64,000 bases of DNA from Candidatus Iainarchaeum sp. (GCA_043809245.1 JAZDDZ010000054.1:1-64000); one strand, 5' to 3'. Positions 49,603-59,238 are shown, numbered from the stretch's first letter. Program-made: numbers and translations. Notes: a model not told the origin generated them from the letters alone.

Positions 49603-49631
49603 ATGAAAAAAATTGATGGAAAAGTGGGATT

Positions 49632-50195
49632 ATGGAAGACTTTGAAAGGAAAATCAGCTTGCCGGAAGGATTTGAGGCTTCGGCTGAGGGAAGCAAGATG
49701 ACTGTCGGCTTCAAGGGAAAACAACTGGTTAAGGACTTCCACGCGCAATCGCTTTCATTCGATGTAAAGGGAAAAGAAATAGTGGTTTCAATCGCGAACG
49801 GAAAGGCAAAGAAAAGGGATTTGGCTGTGTTGAACGCAGTAAATTCCGAGATAAACAACATGCTTGCAGGGTTGTCAAAGGGATTCGAGTACAAGTTAGA
49901 GGTCGTGTACGCGCACTTCCCGATGAACATCAGTGTCAAGGAAAAAGTTGTGGAAATAAGCAATCTCTGCGGAAGCAAGATGGTCAGAAGGGCGGCAATT
50001 GTCGGTGAAACAAAGGTAGAGATAAAGGGAAAAGAGATATTTGTCAGGGGCGCGGACAAGGAAGCCGCAGGGCAGACAGCGGCAAACATAGAGCAGGCAA
50101 CAAGGCTGTCGGGAAAAGACGTAAGGGTATTCAACGACGGCATTTACATTGTTTCAAAGCCGCATGTTTCAATTGAAGAGCGTGAAAAGAAATGA
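49632..50195 (+). CDS. rpl6: 50S ribosomal protein L6
   Basis: YAHFP, GQTAANIEQ, D.RVF.DGIY. Confidence 0.96.
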   Translation: MEDFERKISLPEGFEASAEGSKMTVGFKGKQLVKDFHAQSLSFDVKGKEIVVSIANGKAKKRDLAVLNAVNSEINNMLAGLSKGFEYKLEVVYAHFPMNISVKEKVVEISNLCGSKMVRRAAIVGETKVEIKGKEIFVRGADKEAAGQTAANIEQATRLSGKDVRVFNDGIYIVSKPHVSIEEREKK

Positions 50196-50821
50196 CTGAA
50201 AAAAAATCTGTGAAGAAAGCGGAAAAGCCGAAGGCAAAGAATGCCGTGAAAAAAGAAGAGAAAAAGGCGGCTGTGGAAAAAGTGCACGAAAAAAAAGAGC
50301 ACAATGAAGCCGCAAAGCAAGTTGAGGAAAAAAAAGAGGCTGCAAAAGAGTCTTTGGGAAAAGGAAAAGATGCAAAGGAAGCAAAGGGAAAAAAGGCGAA
50401 GAAAGAAAAGCCGTCAAAGCCCAAGGCAAAAGGCAGGGGCAAAGGGCTTTCGGAAGAGGTTAAAAAGCTGAGGAAACAAATCGCCAGAAAAAAACTGCCT
50501 TCATTCAGGGGCAGGTTCGGCGAAAGGGGAAGGACAAGGAAGATAAGCAGGGAGAAATTCATGAAGTGGAGGAAGCCGCGCGGCATTGACATTAAGTTCA
50601 AGCAAGAGGACGGCGCGCTTCCAAGGACTGGTTACAAGGCCCCGAGAGAGATAAGGTTTTTGCATCCCTCGGGTTTCAGGGAAGCCCTTGTTTCAAATGC
50701 AATGCAGCTTGAAATGTTTGAAAAGAATGTGGTTGCAAGGATTGCGGGAACAGTTGGAGAAAAGAAGAGAAGGGAAATTGTGAAGAAAGCCAAGGAATTG
50801 GGTGTGAGGCTGCTTAATTGA
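50192..50821 (+). CDS. rpl32e: 50S ribosomal protein L32e with ~90-aa Lys/Glu N-terminal extension
   Basis: KWRKPRGID, GY, HPSG. Confidence 0.94.
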   Translation: MTEKKSVKKAEKPKAKNAVKKEEKKAAVEKVHEKKEHNEAAKQVEEKKEAAKESLGKGKDAKEAKGKKAKKEKPSKPKAKGRGKGLSEEVKKLRKQIARKKLPSFRGRFGERGRTRKISREKFMKWRKPRGIDIKFKQEDGALPRTGYKAPREIRFLHPSGFREALVSNAMQLEMFEKNVVARIAGTVGEKKRREIVKKAKELGVRLLN

Positions 50822-50846
50822 TTTGCGCTTTGAAAAGGTGTGAAAG

Positions 50847-51299
50847 ATGATATTGGATAAAATCAGGGAAATTTCCGCAGGGCTGCTGAAAATAGGCAAA
50901 AGCAAGGTCTGGTTTGACTCAGAAAAGCTTGACCAGATAAAGGAAGCCATGACTAAAGAGGATGTCAGGGGCCTTATAGCGGAAAAAGCGATAGGGAAGA
51001 AAAAGCCCTCACAGCACAGCAGGGGAAGGGCAAGGGTCCTGCACCAGAAAAAGAAAAAGGGAAGAAAAAGGGGCTACGGCAAAAGAAAAGGCCTTCAAAG
51101 CGCGAGGGAGAAAACAAAGGAGAAATGGATGCTGCTCTCAAGGGCTTTGAGGAAAAAGCTCAAGGAAATGAAGGGCAAAAAGGAAAAATTGAAGGTGGAT
51201 TACAGGAAGCTTTATAATTTAAGCAAGGGCGGCTACTTTAAGGGAAAAAAATACCTTGAGGCTTACGCGCTTGGAAAAGAAACCAAGGAGAAAAAATAG
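50847..51299 (+). CDS. rpl19e: 50S ribosomal protein L19e
   Basis: KVWFD, SRGRAR, G.GKRKG, KGGYF. Confidence 0.95.
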   Translation: MILDKIREISAGLLKIGKSKVWFDSEKLDQIKEAMTKEDVRGLIAEKAIGKKKPSQHSRGRARVLHQKKKKGRKRGYGKRKGLQSAREKTKEKWMLLSRALRKKLKEMKGKKEKLKVDYRKLYNLSKGGYFKGKKYLEAYALGKETKEKK

Positions 51300-51321
51300 C
51301 AAAGGAAAGGAATGAATTGTT

Positions 51322-51837
51322 ATGACACATAAAACAACCTACACTATGCCCTTCAGAAGGAGAAGAGGGGAGAAAACAAATTACAAGAAAAGGCTTGCAT
51401 TGCTCAAGTCAGGCAAGCCAAGGCTTGTTGTCAGGAAAACTAACGCGAATTTTCTCGCGCAGATAGTGAAGTTCATGCCAAAGGGAGATGAAACAGTCGC
51501 ATCAGCGAATTCAAGCGAACTGAAAAAATTCGGCTGGAACAGCCATAAGGGAAATTTGCCCACCGCATACCTCGTTGGGTTTGCATGCGCACTCAAGGCA
51601 AAGAAAAAGGAAGTGAAAGAAGCAGTGCTTGACATAGGGCTTTATACGCCGGTGCACGGCTCAAGGGTTTTCGCGGCGCTCAAGGGCGCGGTTGACGCGG
51701 GCATGCAAATAGCGCTTGACGAAAAGGTTTTCCCGAAAGAGGAAAGGCTCAAAGGAAAGCACATAAGCGAAAAAATCGCGCAGGAATTCGAAAAGGCAAA
51801 AAAAGAGATTGAGTTAAAGATAGGTGAAGCGAAATGA
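51322..51837 (+). CDS. rpl18: 50S ribosomal protein L18
   Basis: RRRR.EKTNY, RLVVRKTN, LDIGL, LKGAVDAG. Confidence 0.96.
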   Translation: MTHKTTYTMPFRRRRGEKTNYKKRLALLKSGKPRLVVRKTNANFLAQIVKFMPKGDETVASANSSELKKFGWNSHKGNLPTAYLVGFACALKAKKKEVKEAVLDIGLYTPVHGSRVFAALKGAVDAGMQIALDEKVFPKEERLKGKHISEKIAQEFEKAKKEIELKIGEAK

Positions 51838-52649
51838 GTGAAAAAGAAAGCGCAAAAAAGAAGGAAGAAAAAGTGAAGACTGTGGAAGAAGAGGAAGCCG
51901 TTGAGGCGGTAGTGGAAGCCGTGGAACTGCCTGAAGCAGTTGCGGACGATGAAGAAATCGGAGAAAGGTTTGAGAGCCTTGACAAAAGAGACGAAAGGAT
52001 GAGGGCACTCGATAAATGGGTTCCGCGGACAGAGTTGGGGAGAAAAGTCAAGGACAAGGAGATAAGCTCCCTTGAAGAGGTGTTCCAGAAAAATTACAAG
52101 ATAATGGAGCCGCAGATAGTCGACTCTCTTTTGGGCGATGTACATGAAAAAATGATTGGCTTTACCAAGACCACAAGGGTTATTGCAGCTGGAAGGCAGT
52201 TTTCGTTCCGGGCAGCGGTTATTGTAGGGGATGGAAAGAGCTATGTCGGCGTTGGAACAGGAAAGGACCGCGAGAGATGGCCTGCAATAAGGAAAGCGGG
52301 AAAAAACGCAAAACTGCACTTGATTAAGGTAAGGAAAGGCTGCGGAAGCTGGGAGTGCACGTGCGGAACCTCGCATTCAGTGCCGTTCAAAGTTGAGGGA
52401 AGTTCCAGTTCAGTCAGGGTAATACTTTACCCTGCGCCAAAGGGAACAGGCCTTGTGATAGGCGACAAGGTAAAGGATGTTTTAAGGTTTGTCGGAATAC
52501 GGGATGTCTGGAGCGACACAAGGGGCAGCACGGATACAACACTTGACTTTGTGCAGGCGACAATCAATGCTTTAAGCAAGACAACCTCGATGAAGGTTTC
52601 AAATGACATCGAGGCAAAAACAAAGGGAAATGAAAGGGGAGAATACTAA
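51834..52649 (+). CDS. rps5: 30S ribosomal protein S5
   Basis: WVPRTELG, GCGSWEC, PAPKGTG. Confidence 0.97.
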   Translation: MSEKESAKKKEEKVKTVEEEEAVEAVVEAVELPEAVADDEEIGERFESLDKRDERMRALDKWVPRTELGRKVKDKEISSLEEVFQKNYKIMEPQIVDSLLGDVHEKMIGFTKTTRVIAAGRQFSFRAAVIVGDGKSYVGVGTGKDRERWPAIRKAGKNAKLHLIKVRKGCGSWECTCGTSHSVPFKVEGSSSSVRVILYPAPKGTGLVIGDKVKDVLRFVGIRDVWSDTRGSTDTTLDFVQATINALSKTTSMKVSNDIEAKTKGNERGEY

Positions 52650-53116
52650 TGTTTGCAGTGATTAGAATCAGGGGCAGCGTTGACTTGAATTCCGAGAAAA
52701 AGAAAACCCTCGAATTTCTCAGGCTTGACAGGGTAAACCATTTGGTGCTTGTGCCGCAGACAGCGAGCATAAAGGGAATGGTGAAAAAAGTCGAGGACAC
52801 AGTAACCTTTGGGGAAATAAACGATGAAACCATTGGAAAGCTGATTGAGAAAAGGGGAAGAATGCAGGGAGACAAGATTTTCGGGACAGCGGGCTTGAAG
52901 AAGGCAGCTGGCAAGGCAAAGGACTTCAAGGAATTGGGCCTGGCATTGCTGCAGGGAAGGGTTTCACTTAAAGAACTGGGTTTGAAGCCAGTGTTCAGGC
53001 TCAGGCCGCCGAGAAAAGGCTTTGAAAGAAAGGGAATAAAGAGAAACTTTTCAATCGGGGGCGCAGCAGGTTACAGGGGAACGGAAATAAACAAATTAAT
53101 CGAGAAAATGATTTAA
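52649..53116 (+). CDS. rpl30: 50S ribosomal protein L30
   Basis: AVIRIRG, FRLRPPRKG, GYRG. Confidence 0.95.
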   Translation: MFAVIRIRGSVDLNSEKKKTLEFLRLDRVNHLVLVPQTASIKGMVKKVEDTVTFGEINDETIGKLIEKRGRMQGDKIFGTAGLKKAAGKAKDFKELGLALLQGRVSLKELGLKPVFRLRPPRKGFERKGIKRNFSIGGAAGYRGTEINKLIEKMI

Positions 53117-53123
53117 TGGAAAA

Positions 53124-53639
53124 ATGCGTTTGGTGAAAAAAATGACTGTAAGGAAGAGAAGAAAAGTAAACAAGATGCGCGGAAAAAGGCTGCATGGCGC
53201 CGGGGACACCAAGAACAGGCGCGGCTCTGGCTGCAGGGGCGGGGTAGGACGCGCGGGCAACCACAAGCACAAATTCACCAAATACTACATGGAATTCGGG
53301 ACAAAAATAACTCTGAAGGCAAAGCAAAAAGGCAAGGCAATCAACCTCGATGATTTGCAGAAAAACCTCGCGAAATGGATTGGCGAAAAAAAGGTTGAAA
53401 AGGCCTCGGGAACAATTGAGTTCGACGGAAAGAAAGTTGGCATTGCAAAAATCCTTTCAAGGGGAAGCATCAGCGAAAAAATTTCATTCAAAAACGTTTC
53501 ATTCAGCGAAAATGCAAGGCAAAAAGTGCTCGCTGCGGGCGGAAAAATCGAGGGCACGGCAAAAGAAGAAGGATTTGGCGAGGAAGACGATGACTTTGAG
53601 GCAGCCGGGGAAAACGAAGAGGGAAAAGCGGAGAAGTGA
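53124..53639 (+). CDS. rpl15: 50S ribosomal protein L15
   Basis: RG..HG.G..K..RGSG.RGG.G.AG..KH; acidic tail. Confidence 0.94.
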   Translation: MRLVKKMTVRKRRKVNKMRGKRLHGAGDTKNRRGSGCRGGVGRAGNHKHKFTKYYMEFGTKITLKAKQKGKAINLDDLQKNLAKWIGEKKVEKASGTIEFDGKKVGIAKILSRGSISEKISFKNVSFSENARQKVLAAGGKIEGTAKEEGFGEEDDDFEAAGENEEGKAEK

Positions 53640-53646
53640 AAATTGA

Positions 53647-55041
53647 ATGGGTTTCCTTGAATGGTTTGAACCGATTTACAGGCTTTTGCCCGAAGTAAAA
53701 AGCCCTGAAGTAAAGCCGACCCTGAAAAAAAGGCTGATGTGGACAGCACTTGCGCTTGTAATTTTTTACATAATGGGAAACATCCAGGTTATTGGGATAA
53801 CCGCTTCATCTGCAGGGCAGCTTGAGCAACTGCAGGTAATACTTGCATCCGAAATAGGAACACTGATTACGGTTGGAATTGGCCCAATTGTTTTGGCTTC
53901 AATTATTCTGCAGCTTTTGATTGGAGGCGGCCTGATTGACGCGGACTTGACTGACCCGAAAACAAAGGCAAGGTTCACTTCAATGCAGAAACTCATGGCC
54001 ATAGTGCTCTGCTTTTTTGAGTCAGCAATTTACGTCTTAAGCGGATTCATTGCCCCTGACCCGGGAATGCTTCTGTTTGTCGTATTACAGATTTCCTTGG
54101 GCGCAATATTATTGATTTACCTTGATGAAGTTGTTTCAAAGTACGGCATTGGTTCAGGCATTGGATTGTTCATTGCGGCAAACGTCGCGGGAAGCGTGTT
54201 CTGGAGGGTTTTCGCTCCGCCAATCGCTTTACAGGGCCAGCTCGCGGGCGGAATTTTAAGCCAGTTCATTGACTCTGTCGCAAGCGGAAGCATTAACCTG
54301 ATAATATTGCTGCCGTTGCTTTTCACGTTAATTGTTTTTGTCGTGGTAACATTCGCGGAAGGAATGCATGTGAACATTCCGCTCACGATGGGCCCTCGCG
54401 GAGTGGGCGGAAGGTTTCCCGTCAAATTCCTTTACGTTTCAAACATTCCAGTCATACTTGCAGCAGCGCTATTCGCTAATTTGCGGCTGTGGGCAGAGTT
54501 CACTAAAACCGTGCCAGTATTGGGGTATGTGTTAAATGGAGTTGCTACAATTGTTGTCGCGCCTTACGGCCTGATTGAAAAAATGCTTTTACAGGGAGTT
54601 TCATTTGACGTTTTCGGGCAAATGCTTGACAGCATATTGAAATTACAGATAATAGGGCTTGGAGGCGAAATAATACACGCGATCCTCTACATAATTATTT
54701 TGACTGTGCTTTGTGTTGTTTTCGGAAAATTCTGGGTTGACATGGGCGGACAGGGCACTGAAGCCGTGAGCAACCAATTGCAGAAAGCGGGAATGAGCAT
54801 CCCAGGTTTCAGGAAGGACCCGCGCATTATAAGGAAAGTGCTTGAAAGGTACATTCCCCCTGTAACTGTTTTGGGCTCGATTTTCGTGGGGTTGCTTGCT
54901 GGCTTTGCGGACTTGACAGGCGCGCTTGGCTCAGGCACAGGCATACTGCTAACGGTTGGAATTGTTTACAGGCTTTACGAGGACCTTGCAAAAGAGCAGG
55001 TTGCGGAAATGTACCCAATGCTTGGAAGGTTTTTCACTTGA
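53647..55041 (+). CDS. secY: Preprotein translocase SecY
   Basis: Multiple TMs; GIGPIV, YGIGSG, YVSNIP, IPGFR.D, GTGILL. Confidence 0.97.
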   Translation: MGFLEWFEPIYRLLPEVKSPEVKPTLKKRLMWTALALVIFYIMGNIQVIGITASSAGQLEQLQVILASEIGTLITVGIGPIVLASIILQLLIGGGLIDADLTDPKTKARFTSMQKLMAIVLCFFESAIYVLSGFIAPDPGMLLFVVLQISLGAILLIYLDEVVSKYGIGSGIGLFIAANVAGSVFWRVFAPPIALQGQLAGGILSQFIDSVASGSINLIILLPLLFTLIVFVVVTFAEGMHVNIPLTMGPRGVGGRFPVKFLYVSNIPVILAAALFANLRLWAEFTKTVPVLGYVLNGVATIVVAPYGLIEKMLLQGVSFDVFGQMLDSILKLQIIGLGGEIIHAILYIIILTVLCVVFGKFWVDMGGQGTEAVSNQLQKAGMSIPGFRKDPRIIRKVLERYIPPVTVLGSIFVGLLAGFADLTGALGSGTGILLTVGIVYRLYEDLAKEQVAEMYPMLGRFFT

Positions 55042-55043
55042 AC

Positions 55044-55074
55044 GAGGAAGGGGAATTGATTGGAATAAGGGAAA
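55044..55074 (+). repeat. Possible degenerate third copy of the structured element
   Basis: GAGGAAGGGGAAT..TGGAATAAGGGAAA resembles GAGGAAGGGAAT..TGGAACTGAAGGGAAA of copy 1; hairpin 3' arm missing. Confidence 0.35.
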
Positions 55075-55183
55075 TTTTTAATGAAAGGGGCATGGGTTTA
55101 ATAATGAATGGCAGCAAAAATAATTATACGCAAATAACGCCATTTTGCTTCAAATCCCCCGTTAAATGGCTTAAAAAGGTGGT

Positions 55184-55678
55184 TTGCTGATGGTTATTTT
55201 CTCCCCAATCATAGACATTGCATTGGTTGCCTTTGGCTTGGCATTGGTTTCAATGGTCCTGCAGGTGAAGCTTTTCAAGAAAAGGGAGAAGGCATTAATT
55301 CAGAAAAAAATCAAGGAAATACAGAAAAAAATAAGCGAGCTCACAAAAAAAGGCGGGGACAAAAAGGAAATTGACAGGCTGCAGGAGGAAATGTTAAAGC
55401 TGTTGAACGAGCAGATGAAGGACATGCCAAAGCAGATGATTGTCTCAATGATAATCTTCCTTCCCCCATTTTACTTCATCCGCGAAATTTACGGAAACAG
55501 CATTCACATGCTGCATCCTTTCGGCCTTGACATACCCCTTTTTGGAACAACAATGGGCTGGTTTGAGGTGTACATAATTTGCTCGCTTATCTCGAGCCTT
55601 GTGCTGAATGCAATTGTTGACGCTTACGAGAAAAATAAAGTAAAAAATGAAAACGGAAACAAAATTGTTAAGGGATAA
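55184..55678 (+). CDS. DUF106 / EMC3-TMCO1 (Oxa1 superfamily) membrane protein
   Basis: TM, coiled coil, TM, GW..Y..C TM; canonical position after secY. Confidence 0.85.
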   Translation: MLMVIFSPIIDIALVAFGLALVSMVLQVKLFKKREKALIQKKIKEIQKKISELTKKGGDKKEIDRLQEEMLKLLNEQMKDMPKQMIVSMIIFLPPFYFIREIYGNSIHMLHPFGLDIPLFGTTMGWFEVYIICSLISSLVLNAIVDAYEKNKVKNENGNKIVKG

Positions 55679-56023
55679 TTGATGCCGAGAAGAAGCCAAA
55701 GGTCAAAGAGCAAAAAGTTCAGGAAGACTCCTGGGGGAAAAACAAAGACGCATTACTTTAAGGGCAAGGGAAGCAAGCACGAGTGCGCTTCATGCGGAAA
55801 GCAATTGCACGGAGTGCCGCATTCAAGGAAAAACTTTGAGGTAAGGAACCTTTCGAAAAGCCAGAGAAGGCCAAGCGCATTGTTCGGCGGCGTGCTCTGC
55901 GGAAAATGCAGGCGCATTGTTGTAGAGGAAACCGCAAAAGTAAAGCACGGATTGAAGGAAGCGGGGGATGTTTCGCTTTCGTTGAAAAAATTCGTGGAAC
56001 AGGCAATGAAAAAAGTTGATTAA
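55679..56023 (+). CDS. rpl34e: 50S ribosomal protein L34e
   Basis: KTPGG, C..CG..L.G, GGVLC..C. Confidence 0.95.
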   Translation: MMPRRSQRSKSKKFRKTPGGKTKTHYFKGKGSKHECASCGKQLHGVPHSRKNFEVRNLSKSQRRPSALFGGVLCGKCRRIVVEETAKVKHGLKEAGDVSLSLKKFVEQAMKKVD

Positions 56024-56261
56024 GGGAATGTTTATGGCTGGAGCAATAGAGATTGGAAGCATTTGCGTTAAGACCACTGGCAGAAGCGCGGGAAAAACCG
56101 CTGTAGTGGTTGACTTTGACAAGGAAGGCTTTGCGGTTATTGACGGCACTGCGCTGAAAAGAAAAAAATGCAATATAAGGCATTTATTGCCCACTGGAAA
56201 AAAAGTTGAGATAAAAAAAGGCGCCTCGCACGAAGAAGTGGTTAAAAAATTAAAGGGGTAA
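56016..56261 (+). CDS. rpl14e: 50S ribosomal protein L14e
   Basis: G.ICVK..GR.AGK..V, NIRHL.PT; start probably 56034. Confidence 0.93.
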   Translation: MIKGMFMAGAIEIGSICVKTTGRSAGKTAVVVDFDKEGFAVIDGTALKRKKCNIRHLLPTGKKVEIKKGASHEEVVKKLKG

Positions 56262-56900
56262 TTGGTTTTTATGGCTGAAGAAAAACAGGAAAAGAAAGGC
56301 GCACAGCAGAAAGACGGGGGCCAGCGCCAGCACAAGCAGCCTTACTCAAAAGACCTGAGGCTCAGGGCAAGGGACACAGAAGACAAGGATGTTAGGTACA
56401 TTGTCAGAATTGCGGGAAAGGACCTTGACGGAAGCCTTCCGGTTTACCATGCGGTTCAGTCAATTAAGGGAATAGGCCAGAGAATGGGAAAAATAATCGC
56501 ATTTGCGTTTGAAAAGGAATCAGGCATTGGCTCTGAAACTCCTTTGGGAAAAATTCCCGAAGACAAGGACAAGGCATTGGAGGAAATAGTTCTGCATCCC
56601 GAGAAATTCGGGGCGCCTTCATGGACACTTAACAAGCGCAGGGACTTTGAAACAGGCTTGGACTGGCACCCTGTAATGAACGACTGGGATTTTGGAATAA
56701 GAAAAGACGTGCAGAGAATGGCGGAGACAAAATCTTACAAGGGATTAAGGCACATGTGGGGCCAGCCAGTGAGAGGGCAAAGGACAAAGAGCACGCACAG
56801 GGGCAAAGGCCCTGTTGTAGGGGTAATGAAGAAAGACGCAGGCAAGCCAGGCGCCGCGGCAGCACCCGGGGCAAAAGGCGAAAAGGAAAAAAAGAAATAA
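56262..56900 (+). CDS. rps13: 30S ribosomal protein S13
   Basis: IVRIAG.D, IKGIG, SYKGLRH, PVRGQRT. Confidence 0.96.
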   Translation: MVFMAEEKQEKKGAQQKDGGQRQHKQPYSKDLRLRARDTEDKDVRYIVRIAGKDLDGSLPVYHAVQSIKGIGQRMGKIIAFAFEKESGIGSETPLGKIPEDKDKALEEIVLHPEKFGAPSWTLNKRRDFETGLDWHPVMNDWDFGIRKDVQRMAETKSYKGLRHMWGQPVRGQRTKSTHRGKGPVVGVMKKDAGKPGAAAAPGAKGEKEKKK

Positions 56901-56932
56901 AAAAAGGAGCTAAGATGAAATAAAAATCTGCG

Positions 56933-56993
56933 GAGGAAGGGGGTCAGGAAGACCCTGAAACTGGGGGGAAACCCTAGGTTTCCCGCGGTTTGG
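56933..56993 (+). repeat. Structured intergenic element, copy 2 (two hairpins)
   Basis: TCAGG-AAGAC-CCTGA and AAACTG..GGGAAACC-CTA-GGTTTCCC..CGGTTT; homologous to 49097..49157. Confidence 0.88.
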
Positions 56994-57011
56994 AAGGAAA
57001 AGAAAAAGTGA
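56994..57011 (+). pseudogene. Duplicate rps13 3' end (KEKKK*), synonymously diverged
   Basis: AAG GAA AAG AAA AAG TGA vs AAG GAA AAA AAG AAA TAA (56883-56900); low complexity lowers confidence. Confidence 0.65.
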
Positions 57012-57017
57012 TGATTT

Positions 57018-57650
57018 ATGGGCGACCCGAAAAAAACCTCAAGGCAGTATGAAAGGCCGAAAAAAAGATGGCAGAAGCAGAGGATAGAGAGCGAGAAGAA
57101 GATACTTGAAATCTACGGCCTGAAAAACAAAAGGGAATTAAGGAGAGCCGAGACAATTTTAAGGAAGAAAAGGCAGAGCGCAAGAAAGCTCCTTGCATTG
57201 CCTTTGGAGAAAAGGGAGAAAAAGGAACGCGAACTCGTTGAAAGCCTGATTAGAATGGGGCTGTTCAAGGCAAAGGCAACAGCCGACGACATCTTAAGCC
57301 TTTCAATTGAGGAACTTCTTGAGAGAAGGCTGCAGACAATCATCTGGAGAAAAAACCTGGCAAAGACAGTCAAGCAGGCAAGGCAGTTCATCGCCCATGG
57401 GCACATTGCGGTTAACGGAGTAAAGACAACAAGCCCGAGCTACATTGTAAGGCACGGCGAAGAGGCAAAAATAGCCTATTACAAGAGGCCGATAATGCTT
57501 GAACCCCCAAAAAAAGACTCAAAGGAAAAAATGAAGAAAGCATTCGAGGAAGCAGCGCCCGCAGCAATTGAAGCCGCAGAGGAAGCAAAGGCAGGGGCAG
57601 TTGAAGCCGCGGCTGAAAAGAAAGAAACTCCTGTGGAGGCAAAGCAATGA
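57018..57650 (+). CDS. rps4: 30S ribosomal protein S4
   Basis: MGDPKK, YGLKNK.E, ERRLQT, ARQFI.HGHI. Confidence 0.97.
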   Translation: MGDPKKTSRQYERPKKRWQKQRIESEKKILEIYGLKNKRELRRAETILRKKRQSARKLLALPLEKREKKERELVESLIRMGLFKAKATADDILSLSIEELLERRLQTIIWRKNLAKTVKQARQFIAHGHIAVNGVKTTSPSYIVRHGEEAKIAYYKRPIMLEPPKKDSKEKMKKAFEEAAPAAIEAAEEAKAGAVEAAAEKKETPVEAKQ

Positions 57651-58039
57651 GCGACAAAATAAAGCGCGGAATAATCCACATTTACGCATCGCACAACAAC
57701 ACAATTATTTTGCTTACAGACCCCACTGGAGCGGAAACGATTGCAAAGTGCTCCGGGGGCATGGTTGTAAAGGCACAGCACAAAGAGGGCTCCCCTTATG
57801 CTGCAATGAAGGTAGCGGAAATCGTGGCGGAAAAGGCAAGGGAAAAAGGGATAACTAATGTCAAGATAAGGGTCAGGGCACAGGGAGGCATCAAGCCCCG
57901 TTCACCAGGCCAGGGCGCCGAGGCCGCAATTGTTTCGCTTACAAGGCACGGAATGATGATAGAGGACATTGAAAATGTCACGCCTTTGCCTCACGACGGC
58001 TGCAGGAGAAAAAAAAGGAACAGGAGCAAAAAAACTTAA
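57647..58039 (+). CDS. rps11: 30S ribosomal protein S11
   Basis: HIYAS.NNT, SPYAAM, TPLPHDG. Confidence 0.97.
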   Translation: MSDKIKRGIIHIYASHNNTIILLTDPTGAETIAKCSGGMVVKAQHKEGSPYAAMKVAEIVAEKAREKGITNVKIRVRAQGGIKPRSPGQGAEAAIVSLTRHGMMIEDIENVTPLPHDGCRRKKRNRSKKT

Positions 58040-58077
58040 TTGCAAATAAAAATGCATGAAAATTATTTGAAGGTGAA

Positions 58078-58659
58078 ATGAAAATGGAAGTAAAAGTTGT
58101 TTCGGATAAGGGCGCAATGCTGAAGTTCTCGGTTAAGGGAACTGATTCCGCGTTCGCGAACGCGTTGAGGAGAACTGTAATGAACAACGTGCCGGTTTTC
58201 GCGATAGAGGATGTCTCGTTTTACGAGAACAGCGGCGTGGTATTCGATGAAATGCTTGCGCACAGGCTTGCACTGCTGCCAATCAAAATGGATTTAAAGC
58301 ACTACAAGGAAGGCGAAAGCGTCACAATGATGCTTGAAAAGGAAGGCCCTGGAATGGTGTACAGCAAGGACGTGAAAAGCACTGACCCCAAAATAGAGGT
58401 CATAGACAAAAGGATTCCCCTCACAAAGCTCAAAAAAGGGCAGAAGCTAAAGATTGAAATGAAGGCAGTGGCTGGAGTGGGAAAAGAGCACGCCAAATGG
58501 CAGCCCGCAATAATCGCTTACGAACAGCACGGCGAGGACGCATTCACTTTCATGATGGAAAGCCACGGCAACCTCGACAACGGGGAAACAGTGAAGGCGG
58601 CAGTTGAAAGGTTAAGGGAGAAAACCGCGGAATTCAAGAAAGCATTAAAAGACATCTGA
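58078..58659 (+). CDS. rpoD: RNA polymerase subunit Rpo3 (D), short form lacking the Fe-S domain
   Basis: ANALRR, DEMLAHRL, G.GKEHAKW; 193 aa with no Cys. Confidence 0.95.
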   Translation: MKMEVKVVSDKGAMLKFSVKGTDSAFANALRRTVMNNVPVFAIEDVSFYENSGVVFDEMLAHRLALLPIKMDLKHYKEGESVTMMLEKEGPGMVYSKDVKSTDPKIEVIDKRIPLTKLKKGQKLKIEMKAVAGVGKEHAKWQPAIIAYEQHGEDAFTFMMESHGNLDNGETVKAAVERLREKTAEFKKALKDI

Positions 58660-58680
58660 GGTGGAAGATAGTTAGGCAAT

Positions 58681-58816
58681 GCAGGGGTACCGAAGCGGCT
58701 AAACGGGCGGGACTTAAGATGCTTGCAGGAAAAATTGCAATTGTTTTTTTTAAGCAGAAAAGCGGAGGAAATCCCGTGGCTTAGTGCCTTCAGCGGTTCG
58801 AATCCGCTCCCCTGCA
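58681..58816 (+). tRNA. tRNA-Leu(UAA) with 52-nt intron at 37/38 (58719..58770); CCA not encoded
   Basis: Acceptor GCAGGGG/CCCCTGC-A, anticodon stem CGGGA/TCCCG around CT-TAA-G, long variable arm, T arm GCGG-TTCGAAT-CCGC. Confidence 0.92.
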
Positions 58817-58859
58817 AAAAAAAACCATTAAAAGGAAAAATGAAAAAAAGTGAAATGAA

Positions 58860-59228
58860 ATGAAGAGAACAGGCCCCACCAAGAAAAGCATGAGAGAGCT
58901 TGTCGTTGCCTTTGAAAAAAAAGGCAAAAAGGAAAAGCAGGCAATCTGGCTAAGGGTATCGAAAATGGTTAACGCGCCCAGAAGGAAAAGGGCAGAGGTA
59001 AGCCTCTGGCGCATTGAAGGCCTGGCGAAAAAAGCAAAGGGAAAAACGCTTGTGGTTGCGGGAAAGGTAATAGGCTCGGGCGCGCTCGGCGAAAAAATGA
59101 GCATCGCGGCGCTTGAATTCAGTTCCGGGGCAAAAAAAGCAATTGAAGATGCAAAGGGAAAGACCATTGACTTGGCGCAGTATGTCACTGAAAAAGTGAA
59201 TGCCGCGGAATTAAAGTTAGTGAAATGA
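58860..59228 (+). CDS. rpl18e: 50S ribosomal protein L18e
   Basis: GPT, IW, VV.GKV.GSG, FS..A. Confidence 0.94.
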   Translation: MKRTGPTKKSMRELVVAFEKKGKKEKQAIWLRVSKMVNAPRRKRAEVSLWRIEGLAKKAKGKTLVVAGKVIGSGALGEKMSIAALEFSSGAKKAIEDAKGKTIDLAQYVTEKVNAAELKLVK

Positions 59229-59238
59229 GAAAAAGGTT

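Noticed and set aside
49097-56993. CRISPR repeats
   Set aside because: Only two dispersed copies 7.8 kb apart; no repeat-spacer array or cas genes seen
58762-58770. GCGGAGGAA in the tRNA intron identical to 56930-56938 at the element start
   Set aside because: 9-nt purine-rich match, constrained by BHB pairing; likely coincidence
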